Assembly (NCBI GenBank): GCA_050633305.1
Contig: JBOEGF010000012.1
Coordinates: 59,487 to 123,486 of the forward strand
DNA length: 64,000 nucleotides
Source: Nannocystales bacterium
GTDB lineage: Bacteria; Myxococcota_A; Polyangia; Nannocystales; Nannocystaceae
Direction: 5' to 3'
Part shown: in pieces, positions 49,629 to 59,050 of the stretch
Position numbering within the stretch: the stretch's first letter is position 1
Layout of the letters: each line of letters opens with the position of its first letter
Position numbers and translations under genes: made by a program
The notes under the pieces: generated by a model
Seen by the model: only the letters and a program-made list of their open reading frames with translations
What the model was told of the DNA's origin: nothing
Databases searched by the model: none

Positions 49629-50759
49629 TCAGGGGGCGGCGGTGGGATCGACGATGCAGGTTCGTTGAGCCAGGGCGCAGGCGAGGCCAACGCAAGAGCA
49701 GGACACCTCTCGGACCGTGCCGGCGTCGTTCCAGAATGCCGTGCGCGTCCAGAACCCATCGTGTTGGTCGAGCTCGTAGCCATACATCGGCACCGCGCCG
49801 TGGGGGTCGGCGTGCGTCTCGACGCTGCGCAGCGTGCCTCCGCTCCTCAGCGAATCGACCTCCGCCTTGCGCCGGTTCTCCGCCAGCGTCTTTGCGTCGC
49901 ATGCGGGGGGCTGCGCGCACCATGTCGCCTCGGTCAGGACGACACCGCTGCCTTCCGGCGCATTGAGCCCCTGGACCCGCACATCCGAGCGCCGCGGAGC
50001 ATCCTGCGAGCCGGAGGTTTCGAGCTGCGTCCGCAGTGTCGCAGGGAGCGGGGAGAGGTGGGCAGGCGCCTGCATCCGGCCCGCGCCCGAGGTGGTCTTC
50101 AAGGTGGTTGCCGCGGTCTGCGTTCCGAGCACCACGCCGGCGGCGAGAGTGTCCGGTGGGGGCTGCGGAAGCGTGCACGCTGCGGGTTCGGTGCAGCCAC
50201 GCCCCGCGCACTGGCAACTCGCCTCGATGAGGTGGCCCTCGGAGGACAGCCAATGCCGAGCCCGTACCCGCAGTGAGCCGCCGTTGGGCAGGGGGAGCTC
50301 GTAGCGGCTGAGGACAGCCGTCTCGGCGCTGGGGTCCTCCTCGAGGTTGGGGGGCTTGGCGTCGGGGTCGAGGGCGGTCAGGCTGGCTTCGACGGCACGC
50401 AGGTTGTGCCGAACCCAGGTTCGAAGCGTGTGTCCCTGCACCGGTTCGGTTACCGCATGGCGGACTGTGGTCGCGACCAGGAGTCCGCTCGACGCACCTT
50501 CGGGGGCGACCCACGCATCGAACTCCGCCCCGGTCGCGGTGCCCCGGACGGTCGCTGCCCGGAGCCGCTCGATGCCGGAGGCTTCCATCGCGACGAAGCC
50601 CGGCGGAGGGGTGACTCCGGTCGTGGTGGCCGGGGGAGGCGTGGGTGCGGGGACGGCGGATGCCGAGGCCGAGGGTGTGTCCTGAGTCGGCGGGGAGTCT
50701 CCGCCGCAGGCGAGCAGCCCGCAGACCCAGAGCACCAAGAGACGTTGCGAGGGCGGCAC
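49629..50759 (-). CDS. Hypothetical lipoprotein with an internal domain duplication
   Basis: LLAC lipobox; EASCQCAGRGC and EVSCSCVGLAC. Confidence 0.65.
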   Translation of the reverse strand: MPPSQRLLVLWVCGLLACGGDSPPTQDTPSASASAVPAPTPPPATTTGVTPPPGFVAMEASGIERLRAATVRGTATGAEFDAWVAPEGASSGLLVATTVRHAVTEPVQGHTLRTWVRHNLRAVEASLTALDPDAKPPNLEEDPSAETAVLSRYELPLPNGGSLRVRARHWLSSEGHLIEASCQCAGRGCTEPAACTLPQPPPDTLAAGVVLGTQTAATTLKTTSGAGRMQAPAHLSPLPATLRTQLETSGSQDAPRRSDVRVQGLNAPEGSGVVLTEATWCAQPPACDAKTLAENRRKAEVDSLRSGGTLRSVETHADPHGAVPMYGYELDQHDGFWTRTAFWNDAGTVREVSCSCVGLACALAQRTCIVDPTAAP

Positions 50760-50781
50760 CGCCTCGCATCATACGACGCCC

Positions 50782-51792
50782 TCACCCCGTCTTCTCCCGT
50801 AGCCAGTTGCCCAACGTGCTGCGGGGAAGCTTGAGAACCTCGGCGGCCCGGCGTTGGCTGCCTTCGCGTCGAACCACGGATTCCAGGAGGGCACGGCGCA
50901 TGCTGGTGTAGTCCCCGCTGGGAATGGTGAGCGTGGCCCCTTGCACCCCGGTCGGCGTGGGGAAGAGGTCATCGGCGGTGATCGGCTGCCCGCGAGCTAC
51001 GAAGGCGGCTCGGTGCACGGCGTTTCTCAGTTCGCGAACGTTGCCCGTCCACGCAGCACAACGCGCGGCTTGGCGGGCGTCGGGCGAGAAGCGGATCGGG
51101 TGTCCAACGTCGGAGGCGTGGGTTTGGGCGAAGTGGTCGAGCAACACGTCGATGTCGGAGGGTCGGTCTCGCAGTGCCGGCATCTCGACCGTGAGGACAC
51201 TGAGCCTGTGGAACAGGTCGGCGCGGAAGGTGCCGCGAGCCACCATCACGCGCAGGTTGCGATGCGTGGCACACACGACCCGGGCATCGACGGTGGTCTC
51301 GGTTTCGGCCCCGACCGGGCAGACTCGTCCGGTCTCGAGGACCCGCAGTAGGAGGGCCTGGCTGGGGAGCGGAAGCTCGCCGATCTCGTCGAGGAACACC
51401 GTGCCGCGGTGGGCTCGTGTGAAGGCGCCTCGGTGCTGGCCCACTGCGCCCGTGAACGCGCCTCGAGCGTGTCCGAACAGCTGGCTCGCGGCGAGTGCCT
51501 CGGACAACGCACCGCAGTTGAACGCGATCAGCGGGCCAGCGCGGCCGCTACGGTTGTGTAACTCGGCCGCCGCAAGTTCCTTGCCTGTCCCCGATTCGCC
51601 CTGAATGAGGACGGGTGCCCGGCTGCGGGCGAAGTGACGCAGTTGTGCGGTGGCCTCGGAGAGCAGGGCCGAGCGTCCGATCCAGCGCGGGCTGGGACCG
51701 CAGCCAGGGGCAGGGCCGGGCGCGGGGACGCTCGCATCATGGGCACGTACGGGGCGAGCGGACGGGGGCAGCGGGGCGACGGACGTGGGCAC
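50782..51792 (-). CDS. Sigma-54 activator (AAA+-HTH) lacking an N-terminal sensory domain
   Basis: GESGTGKE, FGHARGAFTGA, FLDEIGE, FRADLFHRL, WTGNVREL, HTH. Confidence 0.88.
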   Translation of the reverse strand: MPTSVAPLPPSARPVRAHDASVPAPGPAPGCGPSPRWIGRSALLSEATAQLRHFARSRAPVLIQGESGTGKELAAAELHNRSGRAGPLIAFNCGALSEALAASQLFGHARGAFTGAVGQHRGAFTRAHRGTVFLDEIGELPLPSQALLLRVLETGRVCPVGAETETTVDARVVCATHRNLRVMVARGTFRADLFHRLSVLTVEMPALRDRPSDIDVLLDHFAQTHASDVGHPIRFSPDARQAARCAAWTGNVRELRNAVHRAAFVARGQPITADDLFPTPTGVQGATLTIPSGDYTSMRRALLESVVRREGSQRRAAEVLKLPRSTLGNWLREKTG

Positions 51793-51873
51793 GCAAGACC
51801 GGTCGGCCGCGCCGTGTCCGGTGTTGCAGGAAAAGATCCGACATGCACCGTGCGGGCAGGGGTCCCCTGTCCC

Positions 51874-52545
51874 TCAGGGTCCTTGGCCGATCCACGAGGC
51901 CCCAGACTCCGCGACTTCCTTCTTCCAGATCGGCACGTCGTCCTTGAGCTGCTCGATGGCCGCTCGACATGCTTCAAAGGCCTCGGCGCGGTGTGGGGCG
52001 CTGGCCGCGATGACAACGGCGGTTTCGGAGATGCCCAGCACTCCGATTCGGTGGTGAATGGCCACCTTGGCGCCTTCGATCTCGGCCTCGATGCCGTCCG
52101 CGATTTTCGTCATGACCGCGGTGGCCATCGGGGCGTAGGCCTCATACTCGAGTCGTTCGATCGTCTCGCCGCGGGAGTGACGTCGCACGTTCCCCGTGAA
52201 CGTGGCAATGCCGCCCGCCCCTGGGTGCTCGACCGATGCGATGACGTGCTGGAGGTTGAGGGGGGACTCGGTCAGAAGGATCCGTGGCGGTCCGTCGTGT
52301 CCCCCGCTGACCGGTGGGATCAGCGCGACCTCACTGTTGGCGTCGAGCGGCTCGTCGGGATTTGCGAACGCCTGGTCGATCGCGACCCGGCACCCCGTCA
52401 CGCGGCCGCGCAGTTTTGGGATCTGCTGCTCCACTGCCAGCAACAGCCCCCGCGCGGTGCAGGGCTCGGAGATCTCGACCTGGATGATTTCCGAGCGCGC
52501 TGCCTCTCGGAGTCCGGCGAAGAGGAGAACCTTCAGGGTCGGCAT
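51874..52545 (-). CDS. Fused MoaD-MoaE molybdopterin synthase (MoaX-like)
   Basis: VLLFAGLRE...VALIPPVSGG, then GGIATFTGNVR, LEYEAY, HRIG, SAPHR, PIWKKE. Confidence 0.93.
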   Translation of the reverse strand: MPTLKVLLFAGLREAARSEIIQVEISEPCTARGLLLAVEQQIPKLRGRVTGCRVAIDQAFANPDEPLDANSEVALIPPVSGGHDGPPRILLTESPLNLQHVIASVEHPGAGGIATFTGNVRRHSRGETIERLEYEAYAPMATAVMTKIADGIEAEIEGAKVAIHHRIGVLGISETAVVIAASAPHRAEAFEACRAAIEQLKDDVPIWKKEVAESGASWIGQGP

Positions 52546-52861
52546 ACGAGGGGCCTGCGTCGGGTGCGTGGGAGATCAGGGGACACAAACACAGCACTGA
52601 AGAGACTCGCACAGCGCCACAATCGAAAGAACCTCGCCACTTTTCGCGGATCGTGAGGCGCCGCGCGAATGCAGTCCACAATTTCGAGCCGTCCGGGGGG
52701 CGGATCTAAGCTTGGCGCACGCAACGGCGATGGCCGCCCGCAACGTCCTCTGCCGACGGGACCACGGGCGCCGCATTCACCTCGCCTTCGCGATCTCGTA
52801 CGCCATGATTCAAACTGCGCAAGGCCCCGCTACGGCCGCCCGCCGTGATTGCCGCTCGCCG

Positions 52862-53737
52862 ATGAGCTCCTCCAAGCCCCGATCCCCGCGCTCCCGCGCT
52901 CGCGCCGCAAAACAGGTGCGGGGAGACGCGACACGGCCGGAGCCGGCCGACGAGGACCTCGTCCCCGACCCTGAGCTCGGTGCCGAGGACTTCCTCGACT
53001 TCGATCCGCCCGCCGAGGCGCCGGAGAGTGGTTGGTCGATGCTGTCCTCCGCCGACCAAGAGGAGCGCCGAGCCGCGCTTCAGTCTCGTCTGGGCGCGTA
53101 CCTGCGAGCGGGGTCGGCACGGGTTGTCCTGACCGACAACCTCTATTCGATGGTCACGATCAAACGCGGTGACGGCGTGTCCACGTTTCGCGTCCATCAC
53201 ATGTTCTCCGATGCGCCCGCCAAGGTGATTCGAGCGCTCGCAAAGTACGCCGACACCCAGTCCCGCGAGGCTGCGACGTTGCTGCGGGACTTCATCGATG
53301 CTCACGACGACCAGGTCCGTGAGCGAGACGCCCCGCGCCCGATCACCGTTGACGTCGAAGGGCGGCACCACAACCTCCAGGAGCTCTTCGATCGAATCAA
53401 CGCCGCCTACTTCGAAGGCGCGATCGAGGCCCGGATCACCTGGGGTCCTCGGACGAAACGGAAGAAGTCACGGGACTCGATCAAGCTGGGCAGCTACACG
53501 GTTGAGGACGCGCTGATCCGCATCCATCCAGTGCTCGATGCGGCAGATGTGCCGGCCTTCTTCCTCGAGTGGATCGTCTATCACGAGATGTTGCACGAGG
53601 TGCACGACATGCCGGTCGTCGACGGCCGACGCGTCTACCACACGGCGGAGTTTCGCCGAGCCGAGGCGCAGTTCGAGCGCTACGCTGAGGCGGTGATGTG
53701 GGAACGCACGCACTTGTTCAAGCTCCTCGAACGGTGA
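52862..53737 (+). CDS. SprT-like zinc metalloprotease domain protein
   Basis: LQELFDRINAAYF, LGSY, IRIHP.LD, YHEMLH, HT.EF; start uncertain. Confidence 0.75.
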   Translation: MSSSKPRSPRSRARAAKQVRGDATRPEPADEDLVPDPELGAEDFLDFDPPAEAPESGWSMLSSADQEERRAALQSRLGAYLRAGSARVVLTDNLYSMVTIKRGDGVSTFRVHHMFSDAPAKVIRALAKYADTQSREAATLLRDFIDAHDDQVRERDAPRPITVDVEGRHHNLQELFDRINAAYFEGAIEARITWGPRTKRKKSRDSIKLGSYTVEDALIRIHPVLDAADVPAFFLEWIVYHEMLHEVHDMPVVDGRRVYHTAEFRRAEAQFERYAEAVMWERTHLFKLLER

Positions 53738-53924
53738 TGTGAACGAGCCCGCGCAGGGGCTCGCGCTCGTGGACGGGAGCCCCCCCGCTCCCGTTGCGCC
53801 GCGCAACCGTCTTCACACCGGAGGTCAGCGGGCGGCGAAAAGTTGCGCCTCTGTGACATCTCGTCTTTGACCACGAGCGTGGTCGTTGCTAGGCCGGAGT
53901 CTCGAGTCACTCGGGAATTTGGCA

Positions 53925-54902
53925 GTGCAGCGCTTCAAAATCATCGGTACTGGCAGCTTTCTTCCCGACAACGTCGTGACGAACGACGAACTCGCGAAGA
54001 CGGTCGATACTTCGGACGAGTGGATCCGCGAGCGGACCGGCATCGGTGCCCGCCGCTACGCGCTCGAGGGGGCTACCTCTGATCTCGCGGCGGAAGCGGT
54101 TCGCCGCGCGTGCGACGACGCGGGGATCGCAGCGGGCGAACTCGACGCTTTGATCGTCGGCACGTGCACGCCGGACACGCTCTTCCCGTCGACGGCGTGT
54201 TGGGCTCAAGGCAAGCTCGGCATCCAGGGCATGCCTGCGTTTGACGTCATGGCCGCGTGCACCAGCTGGATGTACGGGATCAAGGTTGCCGCCGACATGA
54301 TCGCGGGCAACCCGTCGCTCAAGATTGCGGTCTGTGGCGCGGAGACGTTCAGCCGGATCCTCGACTTCGAGGATCGCCGGACCTGCGTGTTGTTTGGGGA
54401 TGGCGCGGGAGCGACCATTCTGACGGGAACGCAGGAGGACAAGGGCCTCCTGGCGTCCAACTGGGGATCGGACGGCAATCTCGCCTCGATCCTTGGGGTC
54501 CCCGGGGGAGGCTCGGCCAAGCCGTCAACACACGCGACGGTCGATGCACGAGAGCACTTCGTCTACATGGAAGGCGGCAAGGTCTTCAAGCACGCCGTCA
54601 CCGCGATGAGCTCGGGGGTGCTCGAGGCGCTGGCCGAGGCGAACCTCACCGCGCAGGATGTGGACCTACTGCTTCCGCATCAAGCGAACAAGCGCATCAT
54701 GAATGCGTGCCTGGACCGGACGCAGATCGATGAGGCTCGTGTGTTCTCGGTCATCGAGAAGTACGGCAACATCTCCGCGGCCTCCATTCCCGTCGCGCTC
54801 GACGAAGCGCGAAAGGCCGGTGCGCTGCTCGAGGGCCACAAGCTGGCCGTGACCGCGTTCGGTGGCGGTCTGACCTGGGGCTCGGGCGTCATCCAGCTGT
54901 AG
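53925..54902 (+). CDS. fabH: Beta-ketoacyl-ACP synthase III
   Basis: DTSDEWIRERTGI, AACT, LFGDGAGA, PHQAN, YGNISAASIP, FGGGLTWG. Confidence 0.93.
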   Translation: MQRFKIIGTGSFLPDNVVTNDELAKTVDTSDEWIRERTGIGARRYALEGATSDLAAEAVRRACDDAGIAAGELDALIVGTCTPDTLFPSTACWAQGKLGIQGMPAFDVMAACTSWMYGIKVAADMIAGNPSLKIAVCGAETFSRILDFEDRRTCVLFGDGAGATILTGTQEDKGLLASNWGSDGNLASILGVPGGGSAKPSTHATVDAREHFVYMEGGKVFKHAVTAMSSGVLEALAEANLTAQDVDLLLPHQANKRIMNACLDRTQIDEARVFSVIEKYGNISAASIPVALDEARKAGALLEGHKLAVTAFGGGLTWGSGVIQL

Positions 54903-54980
54903 GCGAGCCAGGGTGGCTGGCGAGGCCGAACTCCACCTCGACCCCGCGATCGCGACCGATGGCTTGGTAGGCTCCGGGTC

Positions 54981-55511
54981 GTGACGCGACCTGCTTGCTG
55001 CCTAGGCCTCCTCGTTTTCCTTGCTGCCTCTGGCTGCGCGACCGAGGAGCCCGAGGATGCGACGTCTACGGTTGCGTCCTCCATCGGGATGAGCGGCGAG
55101 TCCAACGGGACCTCGGGCGATCCCGGTTCCACGGGCGAGGCGTCGTCGGGCTCGGACACGGAGCCCGTCGGATCGTCGGGCCAGCTCGTCGTCGACTATG
55201 AAACCGACGTGCAGCCGCTGTGGAACGGGAGCTGTACCTGTCACCTCATGGGCGGGAGTGGAACGATGACGGCGACGGTGTTGACCCTCAACCCGGGGAT
55301 GTCGATCGGACAACTGGTGGGCGTGCCGTCTGAACAGTCGGAGCTGAACCGGATCGAGGCTGGCTCCACCGAGGACAGCTACCTGTGGCTGAAGCTGACG
55401 GGAGCTCATGCAGGCGTGGGCGAAGGAGACCCGATGCCCCCGACCGGCACGCTCAGTGACGACCAGCTGGCGGTCGTCGAGGCGTGGATCCTCGCGGGCG
55501 CGGAGCCGTAG
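54981..55511 (+). CDS. Cytochrome c-like lipoprotein with a contracted CxCH motif
   Basis: ASGC lipobox; VDYETDVQPLW..SCTCH; SYLWLKL; MPP; AWILAGA. Confidence 0.7.
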   Translation: MTRPACCLGLLVFLAASGCATEEPEDATSTVASSIGMSGESNGTSGDPGSTGEASSGSDTEPVGSSGQLVVDYETDVQPLWNGSCTCHLMGGSGTMTATVLTLNPGMSIGQLVGVPSEQSELNRIEAGSTEDSYLWLKLTGAHAGVGEGDPMPPTGTLSDDQLAVVEAWILAGAEP

Positions 55512-55525
55512 CGACCGCGAGCACC

Positions 55526-56749
55526 TCAGTGGGGGTGGCTGGCGGCGTACGCCAACGTGGTCCATTGACTGCCCTCGGAGGACAGGCGTAGCGCGTGGCC
55601 GATCGGGAGCCAACCGAGGACACAGGGGGACTGTGCGTGTAGCGTGCCCAGCGTTAGCGATTGTTGTTCGTCCTCTCGGAGTGTCACGATTGCGACCTGT
55701 TCGACCCCGAGCGCTTGAGCCTTGACGAGCGCTGGCTGGTAGACGTGCGGAGGCGCCCGCCGGTCGACAGCCGCCACGAGGACAGGCGTGCGGTCGTCTT
55801 CGCTGTGGGCCTCCCAGGTGGAGACTGGTGCGGCCGCGGACTGCGTCGGACCCAACTCCAGCGGCAGGACGCGCTGCCGCGAGGGGTTGAAGGGGACCTC
55901 CGAGCAGTGGGAAGCGATGGGAAGCTGCAGTGACAGATCGCGAACCGCGGGGAGGGCCCGCTCGGGAGTCGGGCGTCTCCACGCACTCTCACCGCGTTCG
56001 AGCGATGCCATCGGGCCACGGGCCAGGTCTTCGCTTGCGAAGCGACTGGTCGACCACGCCGCCAGCCCGACCAACAGTAGGGCCTGCGAGAGCTGGTGGG
56101 TTCGAGAGCTGACGACGTTGCCCTTGGACGCGGCGTGCATCACGACGGGCGTTGCCGCCATGAGTCCCACGGCGGCAACGCCCGCCACAGCCCACTTCGA
56201 CGCTTCGAGAATGTGCCATGCCTCCCACATCGCTTCGGAGGGGTCGTGGCCGATCATCGTGTCGGCCATCCACAGGATGCCGCCGCACGCTGCAAGGACG
56301 GGGAGGCTCAAGGCCACCGTGCCAACAACCGAGGCGACAACTGCGGTCGTCTCTCGGGAGGGGTCAAACCGCCAGGCCGCGATCCAGGAGACCGGGACGA
56401 GCGTCGCGACACACAGCGATGCCCAGCGCTGCAGGGAGGCGGTGGCGTCCATCGCTGCCGAAGGATCGAAGCCGACCAGGCTGACGCGACGCCAACCGTC
56501 CTCGGTCGGCGCAAAGGCAGCGCCCAGGACGGTGTGGGTGACGCCCCACTGGCCAACCGCTGCGAGGGCGACGACGGCCGCCGCCGTGACGAGTGCGACC
56601 AGAGGATGGCCCAGCGCCCGGGCCCAGCCGCTTCGGCCTGAGGCGGTGTAGAACAGACCCGCGCCGCAGGAGATGACGGCCGCGGCTGTGAGCGCCGCAC
56701 ACGTCACTCTGAGTGTGGCCAGCAAGAGCGTGAAGTCGGTCGGGTCCAT
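55526..56749 (-). CDS. Hypothetical multi-pass membrane protein
   Basis: About six hydrophobic segments, then a soluble C-terminal domain. Confidence 0.65.
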   Translation of the reverse strand: MDPTDFTLLLATLRVTCAALTAAAVISCGAGLFYTASGRSGWARALGHPLVALVTAAAVVALAAVGQWGVTHTVLGAAFAPTEDGWRRVSLVGFDPSAAMDATASLQRWASLCVATLVPVSWIAAWRFDPSRETTAVVASVVGTVALSLPVLAACGGILWMADTMIGHDPSEAMWEAWHILEASKWAVAGVAAVGLMAATPVVMHAASKGNVVSSRTHQLSQALLLVGLAAWSTSRFASEDLARGPMASLERGESAWRRPTPERALPAVRDLSLQLPIASHCSEVPFNPSRQRVLPLELGPTQSAAAPVSTWEAHSEDDRTPVLVAAVDRRAPPHVYQPALVKAQALGVEQVAIVTLREDEQQSLTLGTLHAQSPCVLGWLPIGHALRLSSEGSQWTTLAYAASHPH

Positions 56750-56981
56750 CGATCAGCGCTCCACCAGGTAGGGCAGGAAAAGATCGAAACCGGTCCACTC
56801 CAACGCCGCGGTTGCCGCCAGCGCGAGTCCACATCCGGCGAACCACAGGGCCTTGAGGTTTCGCATCGCACCAGTACGGACACGGGCGCGAGCAGCTTTG
56901 TTCGCCGCTCGGATTCGTGCTCCGGCTCACGGTTGCTCGCCGCGGTGGACAATCGGAACGCCGCTGGTAATGTTCGCCGTC

Positions 56982-57431
56982 ATGCCCGCCCAGTACATTG
57001 TTCGCGCGACCACCGAGTTCTCGGCGGCCCACGTGCTGTACGGCTACGCTGGCGCCTGCAACCGAGTGCATGGGCACAACTTCAAGGTGGAGCTCGAGGT
57101 CGAGGCGCGCGCGGTTGACGACATCGGGATGGCGATCGACTTCACAATGCTCGAATCGATCGCTGCGTCCATCGCGCAGGAGCTGGATCACCGGCTTCTC
57201 AATGAGATCCCTCCGTTCAACGAGGTCAACCCAACCGCGGAGAACCTCGGCGCCTACTTCTGGACGCGCGCGTCCCGAGCCCTCGCGGACAAGATCGGGA
57301 CGGGGGCTACTCCGGACGTGGAGGCCGCGCAGACGGTCGAGGCGGCCCGTGGCGTCCGGCTCCGGGCCGTGACGGTTCGCGAGAACGACCGCACGTCCGT
57401 CACCTATTCAGAGCTGCCCGACGGTGCTTGA
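56982..57431 (+). CDS. queD: 6-carboxy-5,6,7,8-tetrahydropterin synthase (QueD/PTPS)
   Basis: [29 protein letters not shown]. Confidence 0.9.
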   Translation: MPAQYIVRATTEFSAAHVLYGYAGACNRVHGHNFKVELEVEARAVDDIGMAIDFTMLESIAASIAQELDHRLLNEIPPFNEVNPTAENLGAYFWTRASRALADKIGTGATPDVEAAQTVEAARGVRLRAVTVRENDRTSVTYSELPDGA

Positions 57432-57456
57432 CATGCGGGTGGCGTTGGTCCAACTT
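57428..57456 (+). promoter_or_regulatory. Housekeeping sigma-70-type promoter for rpmB (TTGACA-N17-CAACTT)
   Basis: Perfect -35 at 57428, 17-nt spacer, partial -10; GGAG SD follows. Confidence 0.5.
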
Positions 57457-57478
57457 CGCCGCCCCTGGAGCGACAGCT

Positions 57479-57715
57479 ATGGCGAAAATTTGCATGGTGA
57501 CCGGTAAGAAGCCCCTCACGGGGATGAATGTTTCGCACTCGCACATCCGCACCAAGCGGCGGTTGCTGCCGAACCTGCATTCGAAGCGTTACTGGGTCCC
57601 CGACGAAAACCGCTTCGTGCGTCTCCGCCTCTCGGCTGCCGGCATGCGTCTCATCGACAAGCTCGGCATCGACGTCGTCCTCAAGGACGTCCGAAACCGC
57701 GGATACAAAGTCTGA
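57479..57715 (+). CDS. rpmB: 50S ribosomal protein L28
   Basis: [18 protein letters not shown]...TKRR..PNL. Confidence 0.96.
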   Translation: MAKICMVTGKKPLTGMNVSHSHIRTKRRLLPNLHSKRYWVPDENRFVRLRLSAAGMRLIDKLGIDVVLKDVRNRGYKV

Positions 57716-57857
57716 TCCGGCCCGGATTCGGATGAATCGGGTCTTTGACCTGCTCTCCGAACTCGCCATCTCGTCCTGAGGGCACTTCGCACCGCGAGGT
57801 GCCCTCTTTGCGTTGGTTCAAAGCGCGTCGACTCGACTTCGACGGGGTTCGGGGGAG

Positions 57858-59006
57858 CTACTTCGGTGCTTCGTAGACCAGCGCACCGAAAAAGTCGTCG
57901 AACCAGGCCGAACAGTTGTCGTTTCCCGGGAGCGCGTCGTTGCGGTCGCAGCTGAGCCGCAAGCGAATCCGGCGCGTGGTCGCGGGAATGGCGACGTCGA
58001 AGGCAGTGGACTCCCAGCCGTCGTGGGTCATCCCGCCGCGGCTTGCCCCATCGAGCGCGGTGCCAGTGTCGTCGAGGAAGGTGAACGAGATCCCGTGGGG
58101 GTCGTCGTTCCAGAAATCGTCGTCCGCCCGAGTCCATCCGCTGAAGACGAACCGCAGGCCGAGCTTGTCGATCGACGAAGACCATGGATTCAGCACGAGG
58201 TCCTGGGTGATCTCAGGGTTCTCGGAGCCGCCACCGAAGAACGAGTGTGAACCGACGCCGTGGTTGTGCTGAGTCGTGGTGTGGAACGAAGAGTCCTCAG
58301 CGTCCCAGCCCGTGAGGATTGCTCCCACTGGATCGGACTCCGCGTCGGGGTTTTCGATCAGGTTCAGGCCCTGCCCGGTGGCGATGAGCTCGACCGGAGC
58401 TGAAGCGTTCCCGCTGCCAACAGCGTCCGTGAAGTGCACGCCGAGGGATCCTGCGGCGAAACCGGGTTGTCCCGGACCGACCACCAAGGTGACGGTGCAG
58501 GTCCCTGCCGGGGGAATGACGCCTTCGCATGTCGCGTCCGTGCCGGGATATGCGTAGCCGGCCCAGTTCAGGGGCGAGGGGGGATCATCCGCGCCCACGA
58601 TGGTGGCGGGGGCTTCCCCCTGGTTGGTGAGCTGGAGCGTGAGGACCGTCGGGCCCGTGAGCGGAAGGGTCCCGAGATCGATGGGGCCTTCCTGGACGAA
58701 CAGCAGGTCGGCGCGCGGTGGGTTGCCCTCCGAGGAGTCCGTCGTGGTTGGTGTCTCGTCCCCGGCCTCGGAGGACGTGCCCCCGGTGCTGCCATGACCG
58801 GTCCCGCCTTGGCTCCCCGCGCTGGTGCCCGTGGAGCTCGTGTTGTCCTTCCCGGCGGTTGCAGGTGCGTCGGCGCTTGAGCTGGAGCCATCGGTCTCCT
58901 CCAGCATCCCGGAGTTGCTCGCGCTACCGGACTCGAAGACGCACGCAGACAGCACGCACAAGCCTACGACTCCGCTCCAACGGCTGCCCCCCACGTGGCC
59001 CAACAT
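57858..59006 (-). CDS. Secreted lipoprotein with an Ig-like (LTNQG) domain and a jelly-roll/CBM-like C-terminal domain
   Basis: LSAC lipobox, S/T/G linker, LQLTNQG..IPPAGTCTV, NLIENPDAE...WFDD. Confidence 0.65.
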   Translation of the reverse strand: MLGHVGGSRWSGVVGLCVLSACVFESGSASNSGMLEETDGSSSSADAPATAGKDNTSSTGTSAGSQGGTGHGSTGGTSSEAGDETPTTTDSSEGNPPRADLLFVQEGPIDLGTLPLTGPTVLTLQLTNQGEAPATIVGADDPPSPLNWAGYAYPGTDATCEGVIPPAGTCTVTLVVGPGQPGFAAGSLGVHFTDAVGSGNASAPVELIATGQGLNLIENPDAESDPVGAILTGWDAEDSSFHTTTQHNHGVGSHSFFGGGSENPEITQDLVLNPWSSSIDKLGLRFVFSGWTRADDDFWNDDPHGISFTFLDDTGTALDGASRGGMTHDGWESTAFDVAIPATTRRIRLRLSCDRNDALPGNDNCSAWFDDFFGALVYEAPK

Positions 59007-59050
59007 ACCAGATGAACGCAGCGCGGCGCGCGGGGTTGCTGCCGGCGAAG

